Assembly (NCBI GenBank): GCA_030390025.1
Contig: CM059433.1
Span: 30,196,001-30,260,000, forward strand
Source: Squalus acanthias
Taxonomy: Eukaryota
Direction of reading: 5' to 3'
Length of the DNA: 64,000 nt
The notes beneath the pieces were generated by a model. That model saw only the letters and a program-made list of their open reading frames with translations. It did not search any database and had not been told where the DNA came from. The translations under genes and the position numbers were made by a program. Positions 1 through 11,423 of this stretch are shown here, in pieces (position 1 is the first letter of the stretch; every line of letters begins with the position of its first letter).

Positions 1-419
1 TGCGCTTGTTCTGGGCCGGTGAGGGTGGGGGGCGGTCTCTTAACATTGCATCCAGATTTTCAGGCGCACAGGCACCCATGGTCATGTGACATAAGTGCAG
101 ATCAGCTGACCATGAGAGAATTAAAGCCACCATCATCTCTTGCTGCTGCAAGAAGCCATTATACAGGATATTGTTGAGAAAATTAAGATGCCTCATTTTA
201 TGGCTGTTGTACTGCTTTTTGTTGTATTGGAGGGAGAGAACCAGAGACGGGAGGCCCAAAGACTTGAGCACCACTGGAGGAGGCTGCACCACATTCGCAG
301 GTATCCTGCCCAGTGAGGCCTTGACTGACATTCCAGGAGATGTCTGAGGAGCTGACTGTGTGGCGTCTGTCCTTCACAAAAGGTCATCCTCTGAGATGAC
401 CTGAAGCTTTGGTCCACAT

Positions 420-900
420 ACTGCAATGCCCTAACAGTGGAAATAAAGGTGACCACGGCTCTGGTTCCTTCCAGGTATCCACGGGGGATCTGTGCTGGAT
501 CAGTCAAGGGGCAATGAGGGACAGCATCTGACAGGTGACTGGTGGCCTATTCCGTAGGGCTGGAGCATTCATCAGTGAAATGTTTGTGATGGAGCGAAGG
601 CAGGGAACACTGAGCTATAGAAATGCTGGCTACCCCCAGACTGTTCTGAGCGATTGATAACGCACGTGGCATTGAAGCCTCCCCTTGTAGTCATGTGCTG
701 CACCCTGCACAACTTCACCATGATTGACGGTTTGGACCTCGAGGAGCCAGTACAGCCGGAGGATCCTGCGCTGCAGGAGCCAGAGCAGGAGGGACGTGCC
801 ACATCCACAGGAGACGTGTTCGAGACAGCAGGGCTGTGGAAGCACACATTGTGGCACAGGCTTTCCCCCAATCAGCCCCCCACCACCCTCGGAAGTGGCA
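420..900 (+). pseudogene. Decayed PIF/Harbinger DDE transposase (HARBI1-like), internally deleted
   Basis: Frameshifted blocks LTVEIKVTTAL / GSFQVSTGDLCWISQGAM / QVTGGLFRRAGAFI / AGYP..AID / THVALKPP fused directly to VVMCCTLHNF; these follow the HARBI1 motif order with the central catalytic part missing. Confidence 0.8.
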
Positions 901-1329
901 ACCGGAAGACCACCACTGGATGGACACTGATCTCTTCAAATTCAAATAGTTTTATTACAAAAATGTTGGTGAAAATTGTTAACGACAATAGAACTTTCCT
1001 ATATTAAAAAAAAGTTAACTCTGTTACAACTTTCAAAAATTCTTCCCTTTTTATATCATAAACTTATTTAAATAACAAGTGTTTGATTTTAATTTAAAAC
1101 TCTTGTTTAGAAATTTGTAAAAACATTTGCAAAAATCGAACTATAAATAAAAAGATCAAACAATGGACTGGCTGTAAACATGAGTTCAAACAATGTAAGC
1201 ATTTTGATTGTTTTGTGCAAAATTTTCATAACTTTCAAAAACTTAAAATAAACGTAGCATTTTCAAACATGCATTTAAAAAAAAATATCAAACAACAATA
1301 AGACGGTAGATATCTTCCAGCATGGCAGC

Positions 1330-2830
1330 TTTCCCCCTTAGTGACAAAGGAGGAGAAAGAAGAGGTAGGAGAGATGGGCTTAAAGTTTCCCCAGCTCCTC
1401 AAGGCCTCTAAACTGCGCTGTCTACCAGTTACTGTGGATGGGCTGGAAAGTTGGGACATGGTGGTGGGATGCCGGTCTAATGAGCCATGGGCCTGCGGTT
1501 CATCGATCCTTATGGCCATCTGCTCCTGGAGCAGGGATACTGCTGCCTGAATCCCAGGATTGAGATATCCTGAGCTGGCTCTTGCGCCTGGCAACATGCC
1601 TGCTGCTGTAAGGATGGAGCCCAGGGTGGTGCTGCCGCTCATCAAAATGGAAGAATTGGTTTAATTTCTCCAAGGAGAGCCGGTTGACTTTCTGCTTGGG
1701 GGTGGCTTGAATGTGGGCTGGCATCTGCATTCCCAAGAAGAAGCGGAGGTGTGGTGCTCTGGCATTCCATTGGCCCTCCTCTGGCAGATCAATGGGCGTG
1801 AGTTGCATAACAAAGCCGGAGTCCCCTCCGTCCATCTCCTCCGGAAGCTGTTCAGCCTCCCTTTCCCACATCTTCAGCCCCTCCTCCACCTTCCCAGAGT
1901 CTACCCCCTCCTCCACAGCAGCTGCCTTCCTACGTCTGGACCTGCAGGAAGAAAATCAGACGGTTAAAATGGTTGCCCTTGCCACTGCCGAGTTGCCCCA
2001 TGGTGGGGGAGATGGAGTAGGAACCTGTGCCACTGTCCTTTACTGGAGCATTGAGAAATAGCAAGCGGTCAGTCACTGACCTGGTTGTTGGCTTTTTGTC
2101 TCCCACCCCTCACCTTGGCCTTGAGTGCTGCGATAGCCCAGGAGCTTCACCACATTCTGCTTGTGTGGGGTCAGAGAGAGGAGGTTTGGTTCTTCTCCTC
2201 TTCCCCCCCACCCCCTTCACCCTTTTGCAGGCATTGTGCGCATTATTGCTCCACAAAGACAAAATTACAAGAGATTAGGCTTGGGGTGCTTTAAGTTTGT
2301 CGAGCAATTGAAGGAGCTACTGGTCTGCATTTTTCGGGAGGTCTCGCCGACAGATCACTAATCCGCTTGTTCCGCCTGAGTGTGGGGGACCACATTGTGC
2401 ATAGGCGAAAGTTATGGCATCGTGAGCTTCTCGCCTTCCTTGCTCTAGTCACATCATTAAACTTCTTTCGGCACTGCTCCGCCATCCTAGGGACGATCGA
2501 CGTGGCGCCCAGTGCCTCTTCAACCTTGGATCGCGCCTGCCTCCTGACTGCACATGAGGGCTGGGATGTTGAGGAGCTCATCAGCTGCTCCCGTCTCCCT
2601 TCTACCTCATCTAAGAGGTCTTGAAGGTCTTCGCCAACGAAGTTGAAAGCCCTCTTCCTGGTAGCCTTCTCCTGTGATTGAGTATTAGTCATCTGTGAGA
2701 AGGGAAACGTTTGAGACAATTCAGTCTCTCTATAGAGCAATCTAAATAAATTAATTGAAAAAATCCGCAGCACAATCTAAATAAATTAATTGAAAAAATC
2801 CGCAGGACAGAGCGTTGTCTGCTGCTTACT
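1330..2830 (-). pseudogene. Harbinger partner gene: Myb/SANT-like (Myb_DNA-bind_5) protein, multi-exon, decayed
   Basis: RAFNFVGEDLQDLLDEVEGRREQL...PRMAEQCRKKFNDVTRARK (2692-2435); CAG acceptor directly before ATG; further minus-strand splice-like sites near 2250, 2080 and 1942; convergent to the transposase. Confidence 0.75.
2738..2805. repeat. 35-bp-period tandem duplication
   Basis: CAATCTAAATAAATTAATTGAAAAAATCCGCAG occurs twice. Confidence 0.95.
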
Positions 2831-3971
2831 ATGCACTCGCCAGCCTCACTATGAAGGATTTTTTTCCCCCTTTGACTTTTATAGTTCATCCTTGCAGCTT
2901 GAGGCCCCATTGGCTCTGGTCCAATTACATTTCAACCATGTTCGGACTTTGCGCGGATTCATGGCTATTTTTATGTCTGGGCATATTCTAATGAGATTAC
3001 GAGGATACCTGGGTGCAATTTTGAGTTGTACCCACGGAGCAAACTCCAGGCCGTGCTGGTTAGGGGAAGTGACATCAGAGTGAGGTGTAAAACGAAGTCC
3101 AGTGCCCCAGGATTTTGTGCTGGGGCACTTCCTGTTCCTAATCTACATTAATTTAAAAGCAGAAACCAAATGTAAATTGGCCAGGTTTACAGACGATACT
3201 AAAGGGGGGCAGGGCAGTCAAGAAGAGCAAAGCAGAAAAAAATGAATTTTTAATTGTGCACAACAGTGATAGATGAAATTCAGAGCGGTGGAAAGGTATA
3301 CATACTGGCAGGAAAAATAGCTATCATAAATATACTATAAGAGGGTGTAGAAATACTAAAGGTGAAGAAGCAGAAAGGGATCTGGGAGTTCTGGTAGATT
3401 TGGTACCTATTATCACTAAAATAATTGAAATTAATTTTTCAAGAAAGTTATACAGATAAAAGGATATATTAAATGTTTAAAATATCTGTGTGGCGACTAG
3501 TTTCTGAATACTACACAAATAACACTTGGATTTCTGAGATCTGAATTTCAGTCTCCTCATACAAAATATTCATTATATAACAAGGAAGAACAAAGTCATT
3601 GGATTAAATAGGATATTTGTCATTAACTTTTGATGAAAGTTGAAGTAGTATGGAGTTAGTAAAGCTGGCGGCATAATTGAGTACAGTCGGGTTTTTGAAG
3701 AGTAAAGTGCCGGTGCTATTTGTGTGCTGTACGTCTATGTCATGAGAGCTCCGCTGGCTTAACTGTCGTCTCGTTTTACTCGACCTCACGTGAAAAGTGC
3801 CTGACCTTTCCTCAAAAATACTGGTCACGATTGGGAAAATCACAGCGTGGGAAAACGCAAGTGTGAACTCATCCACCTTTTCTGTGGTGTAAAAAATATA
3901 GTTCTGTGTTTAGGAAAAGTCTGCAGAATTCAGACAAATGCATATTATATATTTTTTAATATTTATTTCAG

Positions 3972-4122
3972 ACTTAAAGGACAAACAAGCTGTGAAGAAG
4001 AAAGCAGAGAAAGGAGGATCAAATAGTGCACCACCTCCAACCAACCCTTCTGCACCTCAACCAACCGTTGAACAAATTAGACAGAATGTCCGCCATTCTC
4101 TGAAGGACATTTTAGCAAAAAG
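3972..4122 (+). CDS. PHF3: PHF3 internal exon (start of TFIIS central domain); upstream exons lie outside the window
   Basis: tttcag acceptor and AG|GTAAAA donor; encodes QIRQNVRHSLKDILAKR, matching recalled PHF3 QIRQSVRHSLKDILMKR; phases 1/2. Confidence 0.92.
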
Positions 4123-4839
4123 GTAAAATACTGAGTGACATTCTGGCCGACATTTTTAAAAGCCATTGACAGTAGGTTCAGATTGTCTATTATTTTTCTC
4201 CGTATGATCAACAAAGAATCCGAAGGAAAATAAAATGAGAAAGCAGTCTTGGTGCAGGATTATTTCTTGTTAAAGCAGGACTTTCCTGTTCTTTAAAATT
4301 TGTAAATGGTATTCCCAAGCTACATTGTCTGTCAAAAATGCACCACTGTTGTCAAGAAGTTCAGTAATTACATTTTGTTCTTTTTTACTGTCTGCCATAA
4401 GTTATGTAGTTCTTTGTAGTTTAAATGTTGGCCATAAAGTGTTATGTTTTGCTAGTCGCCATAAATTGTGAGGATCCCTGGCCTAACTTTTGAAGGACAA
4501 TGCCAGCTACCAAAAGAAAGCAGCACTATCACTGCAGAAAGTATTTTTAATCAGTGCATATACAGCAGCAGAAATAACGGCTGGTGTGTTCTGCTTTTGT
4601 GCTCGTCTGGGAAGAAAATTGTGATCTAGCGAGCACAGAAGTAGAAAATTCCGTGCAGTAAATCAACCATTACAGAAAAATAAAGCAATTATAGAATATT
4701 GAATTCACAAGACACTACTCATCACAGCTTGAGATATATCTGGCTACAGATGGCTAGAAATCTGATCTTCACACTGATCCCTTGGGATACCTCGTGTACC
4801 CCCTAATGTCTGCTGGTCCCAGTTTGAATATCTAGTATT

Positions 4840-5995
4840 TCAGTAATGGAGAAAGTTGATGAGGGTAATGTAGTTGATGTTGTGTATATGGACTTTCAAA
4901 AGACATTTGATTAAGTACCACACAATAGACCAGTTAGCAAAATTGAAGCTCATGGGATTAAAGAGACAGTAGATGCGAAATTGGCTACGGGTGAATGGTT
5001 GTTTTTCAGACTGGAGGGAAGTATGCAGTGGTGTTCCCCAGAGGTTGGTATTGGGACCACTGCTCTTTGATATATATTAATGACCTGGACTTGGGCATAA
5101 TTTCAAAGTTTGCAGTTGACACGAAACTTGGAAATGTGGTAAACAGTGAGGGGGATATAGACAGATTAGTGAAATGGGCAGACACATGGCAGATGAAATT
5201 TAACACAGAGAAGTGTGAAGTGATTCATTTTGGTAGGAAGAATGAGGAGAGGCAATAAAATCTAAATGGTACAATTTTAAATTGGGTGCACCTGGGGGTG
5301 TACGTACACAAATCTTTGAAGGTGGCAGGACAAGTTGAGAAGGCTGTTAAAAGGGTATGCAGGATTCTTGGCTTTATAAATAGAGACATAGAGTAAAAAA
5401 GGAAGGAAGTTATCCTAAACCTTTATAAAACACTAGTTATGCCCCAGCTAGAGTATTGTGTCCATTTCTGGGCACCACACTTTAGGAAGGATGTCAAGGT
5501 CTTAGAGAGGGTGCACAGGATGTTTACTAGAATGGTATCAGGGATGAAAGTCTTCAGTTACGAGGTGAGACTAGAGAAACTGGGGTGTTCTCCCTAGAGC
5601 AGAGAAGGTTAAGGGGAGATTTGATAGAGGTGTTCAAAATCATGATGGGTTTTGATAGAGTAAATGAGAAACTGTTTCCAGTGACAGAAGGGTCAGTAAC
5701 CAGAGGACACACATTTAAGGTAATTGCCAAAAGAACCAAAGGCGACATAAGGAAAAAAATACTCAGTGAGTTGTTATGATCTGGAATGCACTGCCTGAAA
5801 GGATGGTGGAAGCAGATTCAATAATAACTTTGAAAAGGAAATTGGATAAATTCTTGAAGGGGAAAAAATTGAAGGATTATGGGGAAAGAGCAGGGGAGTG
5901 GGACTAATTGGATAGCTCTTTCAAAGAGCCGGCACAGGCACAATCACAATGGGTCGAATGGCCGCCTTCTGTGCTGTTTCATTCTATGATTCTAT
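4840..5995 (+). mobile_element. CR1 LINE 3' fragment
   Basis: RT motifs IYINDL..SKFAVDTKLG, WQMKFN..KCEVIHFG, LEQRRLRGDLIEVFKI; ATTCTATG tandem tail. Confidence 0.9.
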
Positions 5996-6085
5996 GTATT
6001 GGCCTCATGAGGAATATGGTGCCACTGATTGATAACTTTTAACTATTACTGCACTAACAATGGAACAAATTTCACTTTGTTTCAG

Positions 6086-6242
6086 GCTCTCAGAATCAGA
6101 TTTGGAAGTTCCAGAGGAACGAGCAACAAAGGTCGCAGCTAGGATTGAGAGAAAGCTGTTTTCTTTTTACGGGGACACAGATACTAAATACAAAAGCAAA
6201 TACAGGAGCTTGATGTTTAACCTCAAAGATCCCAAAAATCAA
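6086..6242 (+). CDS. PHF3: PHF3 exon, TFIIS central (TFIIS_M) domain
   Basis: tttcag acceptor and GTATGT donor; LSESDLEVPEERATKVAARIERKLFSFYGDTDTKYKSKYRSLMFNLKDPKNQ; in frame with neighbouring exons. Confidence 0.95.
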
Positions 6243-6972
6243 GTATGTAAATAACAATTGTTGAAAAAAGATTCAAATAAAAGTTCGAAGTATGCTGATT
6301 TTTGAACACTTTTGTTTTGTAAGATTAATATAATAGAATCTAGTTTGTCAAGATTGACTGGAAGTTTGTGGATTGATGGCAATTATTTTTCTAATTACTG
6401 TATTGTAAATGTCTTGAAGAGAGGGAATATGCTTTGTGTTCAGTTTGTGCTGCCAGATTTCACTTGCTAAATTGTCATGGGTAAGTTACTTTTCAAATCT
6501 GATACATTTATCATCTAAAACTAGTATTGATCTCATCATTTTCGCAAGATAATTATGGATGAGAGAGGCCAATCCGTCCTCCTTGGGTCATCCAACCAGA
6601 AATACCCTAAATGTTCCCCATTGCAGCATCTATTTGATTCTTAAATGATTACCTAACTACTGTATCTGAAAATCCATTGCCTTTGTCAATCACTCGTTGT
6701 GAAGAATAACTTTCTGATATTCCTAAATATACCTTTTACTAGTTTGAACCCCTCTCCCATTGACCTACTAATGCAATTTATTTTTTAATTTTCCAGATTT
6801 TCCTTTTCCATACTGTTAACTATCTTGTACTTAGATCATCTCTTGCATTTCTTCTTTCAAGGCTCAGTCTTTCTTCATAACATCTGATACCAGGGATCAG
6901 CCTTGTGGTTCTTGCCTCCACGTCTCCCTTGTGGTTCGGTGACCAGACTCTATTTCTATTGCTTCTTACAGT

Positions 6973-7395
6973 GTCAGCTGTGGCTCAGCTGGTAGCCCTC
7001 TTGCCTCGAGTCTGAAGGTTGTGTGTTCAAGTCCCACTCAGAGACTTGAGCACAAAAATCAAGGCTGACACTCCAGTGCAATACTGAGGGAGCGGGTGCA
7101 CTTTCGGAGGTGCCGTTTTTTTTGGATGAGACGTTAAACCGAGGCCCCGTCTGCCCTCTCGGGAGACGTAAAAGATCCCATGGCACTATTTTGAAGAAGA
7201 ACAGGGGAATTATTCCTGCTGTCCTGGCCAATATTTTTCCCTCAATCAACATCACTAAAACTGATTATCACATTGGCTGCTGCATTTCCTACATTACAGT
7301 GGCTACACTTCAAAAGTACTTCATTGGCTGTAAAGTGCTTTAGGATGTCCAGAGGTTGTGAAAGGCGCTATATAAATGCAAGTCTTTTTTCTTTC
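6973..7395 (+). mobile_element. tRNA-derived SINE with Deu-type core and L2-like tail (SacSINE1/AmnSINE-like)
   Basis: A box TGGCTCAGCTGG, B box GTTCAAGTC, core GAGACGTTAAACCGAGGCCCCGTC...GTAAAAGATCCCATGGCAC, tail AAGGCGCTATATAAATGCAAGTC. Confidence 0.8.
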
Positions 7396-8923
7396 TCTGC
7401 TTCCCTATCCGCTATCCTTTTTACAATCTCTTCAGTAGTAAAAGTGTAGTTTATACCTTTTGAAGATTTCTTTGATTAAAATTCAGTTGGCAAGTGTCAA
7501 GTGAAAAGATAACTGTTTTCCCTAAAGTGTGCAACTCAGTTTTCAGTCCTGAGTTTAATGTACATGGAATGGCTCAGGTACAGGAGTATAGTTGTAGGTG
7601 GTATGAACTTCCTTATTGATTTAATTGTTTGTCAGAAGTCAAGGGAGAACATTTTTTGTTTAATTGTGTCCAGACTCGAGATTTCCCTCATTGCAAGGCT
7701 CTTTTCTTTGCTAAAGATCTTGGAAAGTTATACCGAAGCCTCTGGTCTCATACTGGTATCTGTGGGGTGCATTGTGCAGTCAGCAGACCAGAATTACTTG
7801 GCTGACTGCGCTTTGCTACAGGCCACAGAACGTACCTATGCCCAACCTCTGAGAGTGCATGTTTGGGTGTATGCAAAAGTCTGTGTTCTCTGGGTGGTTG
7901 ATTTTTAATGTTAGAAGAGAGTGGCACCTAGGCACTTTCAAAATGTGGCTTTGCGCTAGATAAAAGTGCAGCTGGTATAAACTCACTAATGTGAGATAGC
8001 TTTCTGGGGTGGGAGAGTGTCACACTTCTTGAGTTTAATGCATTTGGAATTTAGATAGCGACCTGATTTCTGAGTTATACTGCCATTCCATTTTTGCATG
8101 AATGTTTACTTGATGCTGGTTTTCAGTGAGGTGAAAGTGCTAGTTTAACTGCACACTAAGGAATGTTCTGCCTACCACTTCCAGAGGAATTCAAAAGAAG
8201 ACAGTTGTTTTTTTCCAATGATAAAATAAATGCATTCCAGTTTTCAAGTTCTTGCCTACTGTCTTTCATAAACCTTTAATGCATTCCTAGATTATGGAAT
8301 TTAATTTTGCCAGTGAATACTGAAGAATATTTAAATTGTACAGCTATTGTAATGATGCCCACATGATTGATTTTGCTCTTAATTCTATTTTTTTCTTCCC
8401 TGCTATTTAACTAATACTTAAAGCCTTTAAGACAGATTTCAGTATTGTTGGTATTCTCTGTGGTTCTAATTAGTAGAAGTACTTTAGAAGTATTTTAATG
8501 GAGTCATCCGATTATTAAAATATTTCCATTATTTAATGGTTATTAATCAAATTATTAAAAGCACATGTCCTAATCCTGATTGGCAGTAAGTAAAAGGCAT
8601 GTAAGCACCCAGAAGTAAAGTCATTAGTCTGCTTCAAGCTGTGTTTGATTATGAGGCTGTAATAATATGTCACTAAATTATCAGAGTGCCTTTCAAATTG
8701 AGCTCTTGTATGCAGTAGGAAGAGGTGATGTAAAGTCCGTTTGATCATGCAATCTGTTGTGTTTATAAAACTATAATTAACACATATTAGCGAGGGACAA
8801 GGTGCTCGATTAAGTGCAAATAATCTGATTATGTAATGCTTATATTTAAAGTTCATCAGGAACTCAATATTAGAACTTTCCTGGATGCAGATTCCCCATA
8901 CCTATGAAAATCTTAAAGACCTT

Positions 8924-9593
8924 GGGGGAAAAATTGGGTTGTTTTGCACCTCCCATTAGCACCAAGTCCCTAGCGCCTGGGCGTAGCGCCATGAAATTCA
9001 GCGGGAGGTTAGCGGCGCCGGTAGCGCACTGCGCCTCCGGCAATGATGTCATTGCCATGTGCAGCGCCCCGGCCGCAAACATCGGTCGCGCCCCCTGAAC
9101 TACCGCCGGACGATATGTCCGACAGGGTCAGGGTGGTGTTTTTGTGGCCGCGGCGGCGCAAATTAAAGGGAAGGTGCTGGTCAGCCATTTTTTTTGGGCC
9201 GCCTGCCAGCACCTGCCCCCTCTTCTGCTTCATGCGGGGTGCCAGCCGCAGTCGGTCAGCCCGGCACTCCTCTTGAGTGCCGGGCTGTTTTCCCGGCACC
9301 CCGCTCCCGGGTGGTCCAGCAGGGCCCCGGTGTGTGCTGCGCTAGACCCTTCCCCTTTAATCAGTGGAGGGAGGCCTGTAATATCACGGCACTATGTGCT
9401 GACGCGCGTGGTGCTGCGATATTGAATGGTAGCGCCCCAAGAGGGAGGGGGAGCGCTTCCAGTAGCGCCTTGCCTTCTGCTTGGGGTGCTACCACTCAAA
9501 TTACGGTGCAGGGGTGCTAACTTTTTCGGGGTGCTAAAAGTAGCGACCCGGCGAAGTTGGTGCCCCAAAGGAGGCGCGACCAAATTTTTCCCC
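8924..9593. mobile_element. Non-autonomous DNA transposon (Harbinger-type MITE), GC/CpG rich
   Basis: TIR GGGGAAAAATT / AATTTTTCCCC; 3-bp duplication CTT; removal restores LINE sequence GACCTTAACC. Confidence 0.8.
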
Positions 9594-9737
9594 CTTAACC
9601 GAGTTTCCCCCACCCATTCTCCTCCAGAGAGTAAGTGGACGATCTTTCCTCATAAACGAGCACTGAAAATTCAGGAATCAGTCTCGTAGCCTTCCTCTGA
9701 ACTCCCTCCAATAATTCTACATCTTTCCTGTAATACC

Positions 9738-10467
9738 GGCCCTGAATTTCTTGGAACACATGAACACTGAAATGACACTGAAATTTACACCGGTTTCTGC
9801 GCCGATCTTGCTGATGGGAACTTGTGCTGAAATTTCCTGCTGAGCTCATTTGCCTCCACCGTAACATAAAAACCAGTGTAAAACAAGTGTAAATGCAGCG
9901 CCACCAGTAGGGTAACAGCTACTGTCTTCTTCATGGCACCTCACTCTCAGAGCCTCTTGCCTCTGCAACCCCTCTTCCTCTGTTGTTATTATGCAGAATG
10001 ACGGTATGCCCAGTGGGAAAGCCATTCCGGCTGCTTAGTGCTTCTGAATGCGTGGTGGGGGGTGTGGTAGTTTGCAGTCCAAAAAAATTCAGGTGCATTG
10101 AGACTGAAAGCACTTTGGTTACATAGAATGCAGGTTCAGTAAGAAAAATCAACAAAAGGAAATCGCTATCAAACTCCAGAAATCTCAGTTACACCGAATA
10201 TAGTTGACTTTGAGCCAAGCTGCGGCTTGATATTTGGGCATAAATGTACGTCAGCGCATTATTTGTGTAGAGCCAGGAAACTCGTGTGAGCTGGTCTTTT
10301 GCATTGAGCTATGTAAATGAGCGGCAAAGGGTTTTGGTGGGCGTTAAACGATTGAGGAAATTTGTGTGTAGTGATGTTTCTGCGTAAAACAATTATGCGC
10401 AAATTTCCTCGGGCAACACCACCCTTATGATCTAGTTATGCCAAAACATTCCAGGAAATTCTGGGCC
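9738..10467. mobile_element. Harbinger-type MITE
   Basis: TIR GGCCCTGAATTTCTTGGAA / TTCCAGGAAATTCTGGGCC; interrupts CR1; imperfect TSD ACC/ACA. Confidence 0.75.
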
Positions 10468-10678
10468 ACAGAGAACAAAATTGAACATAGCCCTCCAGAT
10501 GTGGCATCATCGGGGCCAGATACGACTTCAACATCACTTCCTTAGACTTAGAACCGTTGGCTATACATCCCAATAACTCATTTGCTTTTTTCAGTTCAGC
10601 GTTGTCAGGCAGTGAGCAACCCCTCCACCGAAAGCCCAGATCTCTTGCTGTGTTACCTCAAGCATGTTGTAACTTAAT

Positions 10679-11423
10679 GGCCCAGAAATTGATCTCGCTC
10701 TGTTCCCGCGGGGGTAAGCCTTCCCCGCGATGTCTCACCTCGCTTATGCTTTTTCTGATCCAGCTCGCACGAACTTGATGTTCCAGACATCAGCTGTGCT
10801 GGGCTTGCGTATCCCAGCGGCGTAGTGAATTCGTGCGAGCTGTGGGATCACGTGACTCAGTTAGAGCCAATGGCAGCACACCATCTTCCATTCATAAGTC
10901 TCACAGCATGGCTGTGAAATCTATGAATCTTACACCCCCCCCAAAATAACAGCTAAACCTCAATTAAATTTTAAAAAAAACCCATCACATTAATAAAATA
11001 AGTATAGTTAATTAAATTAACCATTTTAAATAAAAAATTAAATTTTTGAAAAAATTTAAAATCTTTTAAAAAGTTATAAAAATAAACTTACCTGTCTTTA
11101 AAGTCTATAAAAAAGATATACCTGTAAAAAAAAATTCAAAAAAATACTTAATTCACTACTTACCTTCTTAAAAGCGGGTCTTACTCCTCCTTTTTACATT
11201 TCCAAAATCTTCCCTACTTACCTGCGCGTCCAAAGCATGAAGTGCACAGCGTGCGCGCAGCCTGTAGCGCGCACGCGATGCACCCAGGCCCCGCCCCCTT
11301 TTCGGAAGAGCAATTGCCGGTTTTCAGCGCATGCGCAGGGCATGCAGAAAACCGGCAATTGGAGTGGGAATACGCGAGAGTATGCAGTGCGTACTCTCGC
11401 GTCCCGGGATCAATTTTCGGCCC
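10679..11423. mobile_element. Harbinger-type MITE
   Basis: TIR GGCCCAGAAATTGATC / GATCAATTTTCGGCCC; perfect TSD AAT. Confidence 0.85.

Noticed and set aside
6973..7050. tRNA gene
   Set aside because: The tRNA-like A/B boxes continue into a SINE body and tail, so this is a SINE head
8904..9689. Cluster of overlapping short ORFs and a CpG-island-like region
   Set aside because: Explained by the GC-rich MITE interior; no recognisable protein
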